Part shown: piece after piece, positions 9,434 to 16,867 of the stretch
How positions within the stretch are numbered: the first letter of the stretch is position 1
How the letters are laid out: each line of letters opens with the position of its first letter
Assembly (NCBI GenBank): GCA_030018055.1
Contig: JASEGN010000002.1
Location: forward strand, 1-43,373
Source of the DNA: Candidatus Aenigmatarchaeota archaeon
GTDB lineage: Archaea; Aenigmatarchaeota; Aenigmatarchaeia; CG10238-14; SCSR01
DNA length: 43,373 nt
Direction: 5' to 3'
Made by a program: the position numbers and the translations under genes
Notes under the pieces: model-generated
What the model saw: the letters and a program-made list of their open reading frames with translations, nothing else
What the model was told of the DNA's origin: nothing
The model's database searches: none

Positions 9434-9619
9434 ATGCCGAAACCAAAAAAATGGAAAGGAAAGATAAAAAAGAAGAGAGGGAAATTAGCTTGCCCCAAAT
9501 GCCTTTCTACAGATTTTGAGATTTTAGGCGAGGAATTTACTACAATGGCCAAATATCCTTTCTTACTCAGAATAAAATGTAAAAAATGTGGTTACGAAGG
9601 AGAAGCCATTAAGATTTAG
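9434..9619 (+). CDS. small lysine-rich zinc-ribbon protein
   Basis: 61-aa ORF with CPKC...CKKC (two CxxC pairs) and a basic N-terminus. Confidence 0.5.
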   Translation: MPKPKKWKGKIKKKRGKLACPKCLSTDFEILGEEFTTMAKYPFLLRIKCKKCGYEGEAIKI

Positions 9620-11890
9620 AACTCTGCTTTTGGTATTTCCTCTGGTAATCCCTTTCTTTTTCTTATAGCTTTTGTTACAGACTCAAATAATTCTTTTGGT
9701 AACCTTTCAAAAGTTGTCTCAATTAAAGAGTAGAATCCTCTACCAGATGTTGACGATTTCAACGAAGCATCAAAACCAAATAAATCAGCTACAGGAATTT
9801 TTGCAGTTATTATACTTGCTCCCCTTTCTTCTCTCATAGCAAGAATTTGCCCTCTTCTTCCTTCCACTTCTCTTATAGCTTCTCCCATAAGCTCAGTAGG
9901 CACATCTATTCTAATTGTTTGTTTTGGCTCTAGCAAAGCTATGCTCATCAACATACCTTGCCTTATAGCATATCTTGTAGCTGGCATTATCTGTCCCGGG
10001 CCTCTATGCACAGGGTCTTCATGTAGTTTAGCATCAGCAATTGTGACTTTTACTCTTGTACATGGTTCTTTGGCTAAAGGTCCTTCATCCATTAAATTGG
10101 AAAAGGCATCTTTGACCATTTCAATAATTTCATTCATAAATTGCACTCCTTTGGTTAAATCAATTAGAACATTTCTATTGTGTATTAAGATGACATTTTT
10201 TGCAATATCGTATGGTATTCCGGCCTCTGAAATTTTCCTAAATATATGAATGTGTTTGGGTCTCAGCTCCATTTCACTTGGTATTTCACCCTCTAGCATT
10301 TTTTTATAAACACTATCCTCTAATGGCTCAACAATTATGTAAAGCTTATTATGTTTGTTTGGAGATTTACCCTCTATCTCAGGTGATTTCGCAACTATAG
10401 TTTCTCTATAAACAACAATAGGTGGCGACATCTCAACCTCAAGCCCAATCTGTCTTAATTTATTCTCAACCTTTGCCTCAAGATGAAGCTCTCCAAGGCC
10501 TGAGACTAAGTATTCTCCAGTTTCGGGGTTAATTTTTACTTGTAGAGTAGTATCTTCTCTTCCAATCTGTTTCAAAGAGTCTACTACTCTTGGTAGCTCC
10601 ATTGGGTTTTTAGCCTCTACCGACTTTGTAACAACAGGCTCGAACAAATGTCTAATCTCCTCAAAAGGCTCAACCAGAGCATCTGGTTCACAAACAGTTT
10701 CACCAGTAAAAGCCTCTGGAATGCCGACTATAGCTGCAATATTTCCCGCAGTAATTTCATCAATAGGTATGCGTAGAATTCCTTTGTATACAGCAACTTG
10801 TTGGATTCTTTTTTTCACTCTTTGGCCAATTAAATACACTTCATCTCCCCTTGAAATTTTACCAGAAAATAGCCTCCCAGTAGCAACAAAACCAACATGA
10901 GGATCAGGAACCATTTTTGTTATTATTATTACAGTTTTTCCATTTGCATCGCAAGCAAGCATCTGTTGCCCAATCTCCGATTCTAAATCACCACGCCAAA
11001 TCCTACTTAGCCTATATTTCTGTGCTTCCAAAGGATTTGGAAGATGCTTTATTATCATATCTAAAACAACTTGGTGTAATGGAGCTATTTTTGCCAGTTC
11101 ATCCTCTTTATCTTCCATGGTCAAATCGATTATTTGCTTAAAAGTTATCCCAGTCTTTTTCATATAAGGGATTGAGATCGCCCATCTCTTTAAAGCAGAA
11201 CCAAAAGCTACACTACCCTCTGCTACAGAAACAAGCCATTTATTTTTATATTCCTCTTCAGCATATTTTTGGATTAAAATATTTACATCAGCGATTATTC
11301 TTTCAAATCTTTGTTGTAGCTCTTCTGGAGTTAGCTTTAGTTGTTTAATGCATTTATCAACTTTATTAACAAACAAAACTGGCTTTACCCTTTCTCTTAG
11401 TGCCTGACGAAAAACAGTCTCGGTTTGCGGCATGATCGATTCAACCGCATCTATCAAAACAATTGTTCCATCTACAGCGCGCATTGCCCTGGTAACATCT
11501 CCACCAAAATCTACGTGACCAGGAGTGTCAACTAAGTTAATTAAATAATCTTCTCCCTCGTACTCATGAACCATTGAAACGTTAGCACCATAGATGGTTA
11601 GCTGACGTCTACGTTCTTGTTAATGTCCAGAAAGGCTTACCTTTCTAGAATTCATCAAACCAAGTGTACATCACTTTTCCGGCCATTTCTTCAGCTATCA
11701 TGCATGCGCTGGTTTTTAATGACCATCTGCGCCACTCATCAAGTTATCAGTCAATGTCGTCTTTTCATGCACATAAGCTATTACACCTATGCGATCCATG
11801 ATGAACATGACTGCTTGTGGCTACATTGCGAATTCTAGTAGGGTTTCTCATGACTTCTTTAATTCTTTCTATCATCTCTCTCTTCGGCAT
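9616..11890 (-). CDS. fusA: translation elongation factor 2 (aEF-2); CDS = join of exons 11890-11795, 11763-11727, 11703-11651, 11619-9616 after removal of three BHB introns
   Basis: The ORF track gives only 9616..11574 (MVHEYEGEDYLINLVDTPGHVDF.., NKVD, diphthamide-region HRGPGQI). Upstream there is an SD plus an ATG at 11890 that opens MPKREMIERIKEVMRNPTRIRN. The spliced product totals 2190 nt (729 aa plus stop). It carries ..[24 protein letters not shown]...[25 protein letters not shown]. Confidence 0.85.
11620..11650 (-). other. aEF-2 mRNA intron 3 (31 nt, BHB)
   Basis: Outer helix UUU/AAG. Central helix GAUG/CAUU (3 WC plus 1 G-U). Bulges are AAU and AAC. The inner helix is 10 bp (UCUAGAAAGG/CCUUUCUGGA) with a UAAG loop. 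Splicing joins GAU GAA|CAA GAA to give FDE|QER. Confidence 0.8.
11704..11726 (-). other. aEF-2 mRNA intron 2 (23 nt, BHB)
   Basis: Outer helix GUG/CAU. Central helix GCGC/GCGC (4 bp). Bulges are AGA and AUG. The inner helix is UGGU/ACCA with an 8-nt loop. Splicing joins GCA G|GC AUG AUA to give GAGMI. Confidence 0.8.
11764..11794 (-). other. aEF-2 mRNA intron 1 (31 nt, BHB)
   Basis: Central helix CAUG/CAUG (4 bp). Bulges are GAU and AAA. The inner helix is 8 bp (CGCAUAGG/CUUAUGUG, including 2 G-U) with an 8-nt loop. The outer helix is weak (1 bp). Splicing joins ..CAU GGA|AAG ACG.. to give HG|KTT. Confidence 0.75.
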
Positions 11891-11893
11891 TAC

Positions 11894-11901
11894 TCACCTC
11901 C
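11894..11901 (-). promoter_or_regulatory. Shine-Dalgarno-like GGAGGUGA upstream of aEF-2 start
   Basis: Minus strand reads aaaaaaGGAGGTGAgtaATG, with the ATG at 11890-11888. Confidence 0.5.
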
Positions 11902-11906
11902 TTTTT

Positions 11907-12074
11907 TTAAATTTTTAGATTCCAAACTTTATAAGTTCCCTCCTTTCTAGAAGAAATTACATTCCATCTTTCCAATGTATTTAGACAATTAATAATTGTC
12001 GTTAGAGATTTTCCAAATTTTTTTGATAATTGTTTAGTGCTAATGGATTTGTTATTTTTGATTTCGTTTATCAT
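11907..12074 (-). CDS. small winged-helix/HTH protein (55 aa, below ORF-track cutoff)
   Basis: My own translation gives MINEIKNNKSISTKQLSKKFGKSLTTIINCLNTLERWNVISSRKEGTYKVWNLKI. This is an HTH followed by a beta-wing pattern. The stop lies 17 nt before the aEF-2 start. Confidence 0.55.
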   Translation of the reverse strand: MINEIKNNKSISTKQLSKKFGKSLTTIINCLNTLERWNVISSRKEGTYKVWNLKI

Positions 12075-12161
12075 GTCCTCAAAGGTAAAGCTTTAATAAC
12101 ACCTTGGCCTTTATCATTCCTATCATGCAATTCAAATAAATCTAATCTATTTTCCATATTA

Positions 12162-12404
12162 TCAACTTCTTTTCAGTCTTATTATGATATTACCACCTCT
12201 TTCAGAGGGTAGCATTTCTACTATTTCTATTTTTTCCCCAGGGTACCCATGTTTTTTAGTAGTCACATACTTATATACAGTAGCTCTGGGTTCTTTTATT
12301 ATTCTTGCTAATTTATTAATCCATATTCCCTTTGGGTGTTTAGATAGCTCTTTCAATATTTTTTCAACTAATTTCAGTCTTTTCGGTCCCTTAACTCCTA
12401 CCAT
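12162..12404 (-). CDS. small winged-helix DNA-binding protein
   Basis: 80-aa ORF. ..GIWINKLARIIKEPRATVYKYV.. is an HTH-like segment followed by a wing. Confidence 0.55.
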   Translation of the reverse strand: MVGVKGPKRLKLVEKILKELSKHPKGIWINKLARIIKEPRATVYKYVTTKKHGYPGEKIEIVEMLPSERGGNIIIRLKRS

Positions 12405-12405
12405 A

Positions 12406-12485
12406 TTGTAGACACCTGTTTATATTATAATTTACTTATTTATAAAGATTTCCATACCTAAAAATATATTTTGTAGACACATGTT
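12406..12485 (-). promoter_or_regulatory. promoter region of wHTH gene with two 15-nt direct repeats flanking an A/T box
   Basis: TTGTAGACAC[C/A]TGTT occurs at 12406-12420 and 12471-12485. A partial third copy, CTGTAGATAGC, is at 12517-12527. A TATA-like TTTATAAATA (minus strand) lies at about 12438-12447 between the repeats. Confidence 0.35.
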
Positions 12486-12554
12486 CACAATATGAAATAA
12501 AAATGTAAAATAATACTGTAGATAGCTATCATGATATGAAATTAAAATTATGAA

Positions 12555-13166
12555 TTATCTAGCTCCCTCAGCTTCCTTCTCTATTCTCTCACGTTCTTTT
12601 ATAGCTTCTGATTTACTAGCATCGTTATTATAAGCAGCAATAATTTCCTGTGCCAAAGTTTCTACCATTCTTTCCCTCTTTCCAAAAGCCTTTCTATAAG
12701 CAGCCTGAACTATATTCCTCAAAGCTATATCAACCCTTCTCTGCGGAGAGGTAATTACAGCTCTCCTGACAATAATTCCTCCGACCTGATACCCTGCTAT
12801 CTCTTCGCGAAGAGCAGCATTTTCTATGGCTCTAACTAAAACTTCAATCGGATTCTTGGTAGTTTTTTTCTCAATATTTTCAAATGCGCCTTTTACAATT
12901 TTGTAATGAATTTGTAGTTTTCCAACTGCTCTACCTGAAGTTAGAACATGTTTTTTCCCTCTATGTCCAGGAATTTGTAATTTATTTATCAACCTCTCTA
13001 CTATATGCATCTTCGACTTGTAAAATTGTTGTTGGCTATATTTGCCAGTAGTTTTTGGTAATATTATAGGTTGAAGATTAACATATCTTACAAGACCAGG
13101 GTCTCTTACTTCAACTCCCTCGCTCGACCATTTTCCAAAAATTTTTATTTCAACCATTCTTAACAT
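12555..13166 (-). CDS. rps7: 30S ribosomal protein uS7
   Basis: 203-aa ORF with a typical archaeal S7 sequence (..NPIEVLVRAIENAALREE..). It follows uS12 in the conserved str-operon order. Confidence 0.9.
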   Translation of the reverse strand: MLRMVEIKIFGKWSSEGVEVRDPGLVRYVNLQPIILPKTTGKYSQQQFYKSKMHIVERLINKLQIPGHRGKKHVLTSGRAVGKLQIHYKIVKGAFENIEKKTTKNPIEVLVRAIENAALREEIAGYQVGGIIVRRAVITSPQRRVDIALRNIVQAAYRKAFGKRERMVETLAQEIIAAYNNDASKSEAIKERERIEKEAEGAR

Positions 13167-13224
13167 TCTCCAATTTCGTCACAAAAATTTATGAATGAAA
13201 TAGAAGATAAAATCAATTTAATTA

Positions 13225-13644
13225 TCATCTTGCAGGCTTTTGTTTTTTACCAGTTAAAATTTCACTAAGTGCAACCCCATTTACAGCCACAACCTTATAT
13301 TTAATGCCCCACATGCTGCCCTTTGGTCCTGCCTGAGATCCACCTATCCTTTCGATTATCACCTCATCATGTTCATCTATCTTATCAATTGCTGCTTCCC
13401 CAGGCACATGAGCAGTAACTTGCACATTATTTTTTATAAGCTGAACTCTCACAGCTTTAACTAACCCAGAACAAGGCTTTCTTTGCTCTACACCTTTTTT
13501 ATACAGAACAATACCTCTAGCTTGGGGAGCACCCTCTAGTGGATCCTTTCTCCAGAGTTTCAACACTTTATACTTATGTTCAAACTTTGCCCATCTAAAC
13601 TTTTTCCTAGCCTTTCTTAATTTTCTTGCACCAAATTCACCCAT
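13225..13644 (-). CDS. rps12: 30S ribosomal protein uS12
   Basis: 139-aa ORF. ..[31 protein letters not shown].. is typical of S12. Confidence 0.9.
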   Translation of the reverse strand: MGEFGARKLRKARKKFRWAKFEHKYKVLKLWRKDPLEGAPQARGIVLYKKGVEQRKPCSGLVKAVRVQLIKNNVQVTAHVPGEAAIDKIDEHDEVIIERIGGSQAGPKGSMWGIKYKVVAVNGVALSEILTGKKQKPAR

Positions 13645-13648
13645 TCAA

Positions 13649-14059
13649 TCACCTTATAACCAAATCTTTAATACCAAAGTTCCTTTTAAATATCTTTTTT
13701 AATAAATTTAAATTTTTCCTTTCCCTACCAATTACAATACCCCTATGTTTTTTATCAACCCAAACCTCCAATTTATCGCCCATTAAATCTATTCTATTTG
13801 CTTGTGGAATAACCCCTCTGGTAAATACGGTGATATCTGGAGAGAATTCAAATAACTTTATGTTCTTTTTTACAATTTTCTCTACAGTTTTTATATTTTT
13901 TCCATTTTTCCCTATAGCAATGCCAAGTTTGCCCTCCTCAACTATCATATAAATTGTGTTACCGCCCTCATCAATTATACAATCTTTAATTAAACTTCCT
14001 GTGAAGCTTTCAAAGAGTGTTATGAGTTTAATTGCTTCTTCATCAAATTTTACGTCCAT
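13649..14059 (-). CDS. nusA: archaeal NusA-like KH-domain transcription factor
   Basis: 136-aa ORF with two KH-like GxxG motifs (IGKNGKNI, IGRERKNL). It holds the conserved position between eL30 and uS12. Confidence 0.8.
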   Translation of the reverse strand: MDVKFDEEAIKLITLFESFTGSLIKDCIIDEGGNTIYMIVEEGKLGIAIGKNGKNIKTVEKIVKKNIKLFEFSPDITVFTRGVIPQANRIDLMGDKLEVWVDKKHRGIVIGRERKNLNLLKKIFKRNFGIKDLVIR

Positions 14060-14060
14060 G

Positions 14061-14324
14061 CTACTCTTCTATAACCAGAGTTGATATGGGGAATGGTTTA
14101 CCGCAGGTAACTCCTAATTCCTTGCTAGTTCCTTTAAAAATCTCCACCTTTAAATTAAAAATTTTCGCATTATGCTCAATTTGTTTACGCATAGGTTCTG
14201 GAATATTTTCTGCTATAACAATAAATTTTGGTTTACCACTTTTTATAAACTTAATCGATTGCTTGTACCCAAAGGTGATTTTATTTGACTTAATTGCATC
14301 AAGGATAATTTCTGTTAAACTCAT
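14061..14324 (-). CDS. rpl30e: 50S ribosomal protein eL30
   Basis: 87-aa ORF of the L7Ae/L30e fold type, in the conserved position after rpoA''. Confidence 0.75.
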   Translation of the reverse strand: MSLTEIILDAIKSNKITFGYKQSIKFIKSGKPKFIVIAENIPEPMRKQIEHNAKIFNLKVEIFKGTSKELGVTCGKPFPISTLVIEE

Positions 14325-16867
14325 TCGCTTTCTTCCCCAATTTTAGCTATAAGCTCGAACATCCCTGTTCCAGCAGGAACAACATGCCCAATTAAAACAT
14401 TCTCAAAAATTCCTCTGAACCTTTCAACCTCATTTTTTACAGAAGCTTTAACCAAATGTTTTATAGTCTCTTCAAAAGCAGCCCTAGCTAAAACAGATGT
14501 TTTAGTCCCAGCAATACCATATCTTCCAATTGGTCTTATTTTGCCAGAAAATGTCATAATATCTGCAACCAGAGCTATGTGCCTCATATCCACCTCTAAC
14601 CCCTGCTCGTTCAGAGTTTTCATAACCTCCCTAATTATGAGTTCTCTTGCAGCCTCTATCCCAAGTACTTCTACCACTTCATGTATGTTGGTTGTAATTG
14701 TTTTTGTTGGATCTACTTCTCTTATTTTCAAAACTTCTTTTAAGTTTGAACCCATCGTTATTATTACCAGTCTCCTTTCTTCCCGCCTAACTATGGCATT
14801 TTTAATACCTTTAATTGGATTTATGCTAAGACTCAGAACAGTCTCTTTTAACTTTTCCAAAGCTCTAATATCAACTTTAGTTTTAGGTAAAATTATTATA
14901 TTTCCTCCTTTCTTCCTTATGTCTACGTTTTTTAATTTTCCTTTTGCTACCGCAATAATTTTTTTTGCAACTCCTCTATCTAATGGTTCAATTTCTACAT
15001 AACCCTTATCGAGGTTTAAAGAAACTGTTTTTATCACACTTGCAACAGCTTTTTCAATAATTTCTTCAGCAACTCTTCTTGCTGTTTCCTCACTGTCGTA
15101 TTTTCTCTTTAAATAAATTGTCATCTCAGGATTTTCGGGTGTCTTTTTTGCATCGAAAATCTCTATGAGCCTTGGTAGCCCGTAAGTTACCTTTATACCA
15201 GCTGTTCCAGCAATATGGTAGGTACGCATAGTATTATGGGTTACTATCCCATCGAATGTAACAAACGTTTCTAAATCATCGACCGATACGTCATACACAT
15301 ACTCTCCATTATACTCAATATGAGAAATTTCTTCTATTTTATCCCAAACAACATCTGAATCTAGAGCTTGCTTTAATATGTTAATCTCCATAGAAATATC
15401 TATCTTTTTTTTCTCGGCAATTTGTCCAAACTTATCAAGATATTTTCTGAGAGTTTCTCTTCCTATCCTCTGTCTTTTAGTAAAATTGTTTACATATCTT
15501 GTTGGAAATTTTAACTTTTTAGATATTACGAATAATAGATTACCGATTCCGGGTACCATGTCTGTATACTCACGAACCTTTCTCAGATTTTTGTACTTTT
15601 CACTTAATTCTTTTAATAACATTTTTCGTTCGTTTAGAGAAGTTCCTATTTTCTCAAGAAACCTGGAAGCATACTTATATGATATATACAATTGATGTCT
15701 ATCATTGGATTTACTACAAAATATACCAAACCTAGTTAATAGAAGCGCAATACCATCTATTAGTTCTTCTGATTTAGAAGAAGCTCGTATGCTCCTTCTA
15801 TCTAAAGTTATATTACCGTCGCCATCAAAGTACGCTTGAAGTATGGCACTTACGAATTCTTCTTTAGCACTAAATGCAAACGACGGCACTTTTTTGTTTT
15901 CTGAATTAGCACCACATGTTATCTTTAGAAAGTTCGAAAGTAATGATGAATTTATACGAAGATCATGGCCTTTTGAAAAACCTCTAAGATTATCATACTC
16001 GTTTATTGTAAGTTGGAAATATTTTGCAAATTTTCTAAGGTTCAGATTAAAATCTTCATTAGTATTGGAGATATTTACAAAATTTTTCGTACAATTCCCT
16101 TCTGACAGATAAGCTCCAATCAACCATCCAAACAAAGAATCCAACTTTAATGTATCTGGCAAACTTTTACTATGCACCACATAAGGATATACATCCCCAC
16201 CTATTTTAACTAGACTTTTGGATGGAAGCAACGAACTTATTTTTATTTCAGACAAACAATTCTCTGGCAATAATTTCATTACAGGTATCCTATCTCCAAT
16301 TTTTAATTGCTTACCACTTACAGGAATAACTTTATTATCCAACCTAAGTACAAAGGAATGGTGATCGGTTGCTATCACTCTTCTTCCACTTGCAGTCTTT
16401 ATTCTCAGCAGTTTTTTAGGAGATTTATGTCTAATCACCGATTTTATTCTTTTTAATTTTAATTTTTCATCGTGATCTAAGCTGTAAACATAAAAGTTGA
16501 CATTCTTTGGAAGGTCTAATATTTCACTGCCATTTTGTTTAACATAACCAAATTTTTTTATTAACCCATCAACAAATCTACCAATTTCTATAGGCTCTAT
16601 TTTTTCATCGCTTTTAATTAGTATTTTTTCCTCGTAACCAAGGCTCATCTGGGTGGATGGTTCGGAAATAGATTGAGCGGTAATTATACCCATCGCTTCT
16701 CCGGGTTCAAATCTACTCATCAGGTAAACTTTCTTTACAGCTTCCCTTAGCTTCTCCACCTGTGCCTCACTTAACTTCATTTTTTCAGCTACCTTAAGAA
16801 TTTCTTCATTAATTTTTTCTGGTAACTCAATTTTATCCAAAAATCTTTCTTGCGATCCCTTCGACAT
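14321..16867 (-). CDS. rpoA2: DNA-directed RNA polymerase subunit A'' (exteins 74 + 303 aa) carrying a 471-aa intein
   Basis: 848-aa ORF. The exteins ..ITAQSISEPSTQM | TMRTYHIAGTAG.. rebuild the conserved A'' motif (S-EP-TQMT-RT-H-AG). The C-extein ends ..VPAGTGMFEL. Confidence 0.9.
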   Translation of the reverse strand: MSKGSQERFLDKIELPEKINEEILKVAEKMKLSEAQVEKLREAVKKVYLMSRFEPGEAMGIITAQSISEPSTQMSLGYEEKILIKSDEKIEPIEIGRFVDGLIKKFGYVKQNGSEILDLPKNVNFYVYSLDHDEKLKLKRIKSVIRHKSPKKLLRIKTASGRRVIATDHHSFVLRLDNKVIPVSGKQLKIGDRIPVMKLLPENCLSEIKISSLLPSKSLVKIGGDVYPYVVHSKSLPDTLKLDSLFGWLIGAYLSEGNCTKNFVNISNTNEDFNLNLRKFAKYFQLTINEYDNLRGFSKGHDLRINSSLLSNFLKITCGANSENKKVPSFAFSAKEEFVSAILQAYFDGDGNITLDRRSIRASSKSEELIDGIALLLTRFGIFCSKSNDRHQLYISYKYASRFLEKIGTSLNERKMLLKELSEKYKNLRKVREYTDMVPGIGNLLFVISKKLKFPTRYVNNFTKRQRIGRETLRKYLDKFGQIAEKKKIDISMEINILKQALDSDVVWDKIEEISHIEYNGEYVYDVSVDDLETFVTFDGIVTHNTMRTYHIAGTAGIKVTYGLPRLIEIFDAKKTPENPEMTIYLKRKYDSEETARRVAEEIIEKAVASVIKTVSLNLDKGYVEIEPLDRGVAKKIIAVAKGKLKNVDIRKKGGNIIILPKTKVDIRALEKLKETVLSLSINPIKGIKNAIVRREERRLVIITMGSNLKEVLKIREVDPTKTITTNIHEVVEVLGIEAARELIIREVMKTLNEQGLEVDMRHIALVADIMTFSGKIRPIGRYGIAGTKTSVLARAAFEETIKHLVKASVKNEVERFRGIFENVLIGHVVPAGTGMFELIAKIGEESE
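15233..16645 (-). mobile_element. intein with LAGLIDADG homing endonuclease in rpoA''
   Basis: It starts SLGYEEKILI (Ser1) and ends ..IVTHN, followed by +1 Thr. The LAGLIDADG motifs are WLIGAYLSEGN and ILQAYFDGDGN. Length is 1413 nt (471 aa), in frame. Confidence 0.85.

Noticed and set aside
9313-9552. 79-aa minus-strand ORF from the track
   Set aside because: Its 3' half is simply the tRNA-Ala gene read as codons, and the rest is intergenic and antisense to the Zn-ribbon ORF.
11617-11838. 73-aa plus-strand ORF from the track
   Set aside because: It lies antisense to the aEF-2 5' exons and introns, has no motifs, and is explained by the opposite-strand gene.
9616-11890. aEF-2 as a 5'-degraded pseudogene, or the frame breaks as sequencing errors
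   Set aside because: The remaining 652 codons are intact and highly conserved. The three frame breaks are not single-base indels but 31-, 23- and 31-nt blocks, each with exact BHB geometry. One fixed cleavage rule restores the frame and conserved motifs at all three sites, which random decay or errors would not do.
12030-12411. Plus-strand ORFs 12030..12212 and 12184..12411
   Set aside because: They are antisense to the two wHTH genes and have low-complexity hydrophobic translations typical of AT-rich antisense frames.
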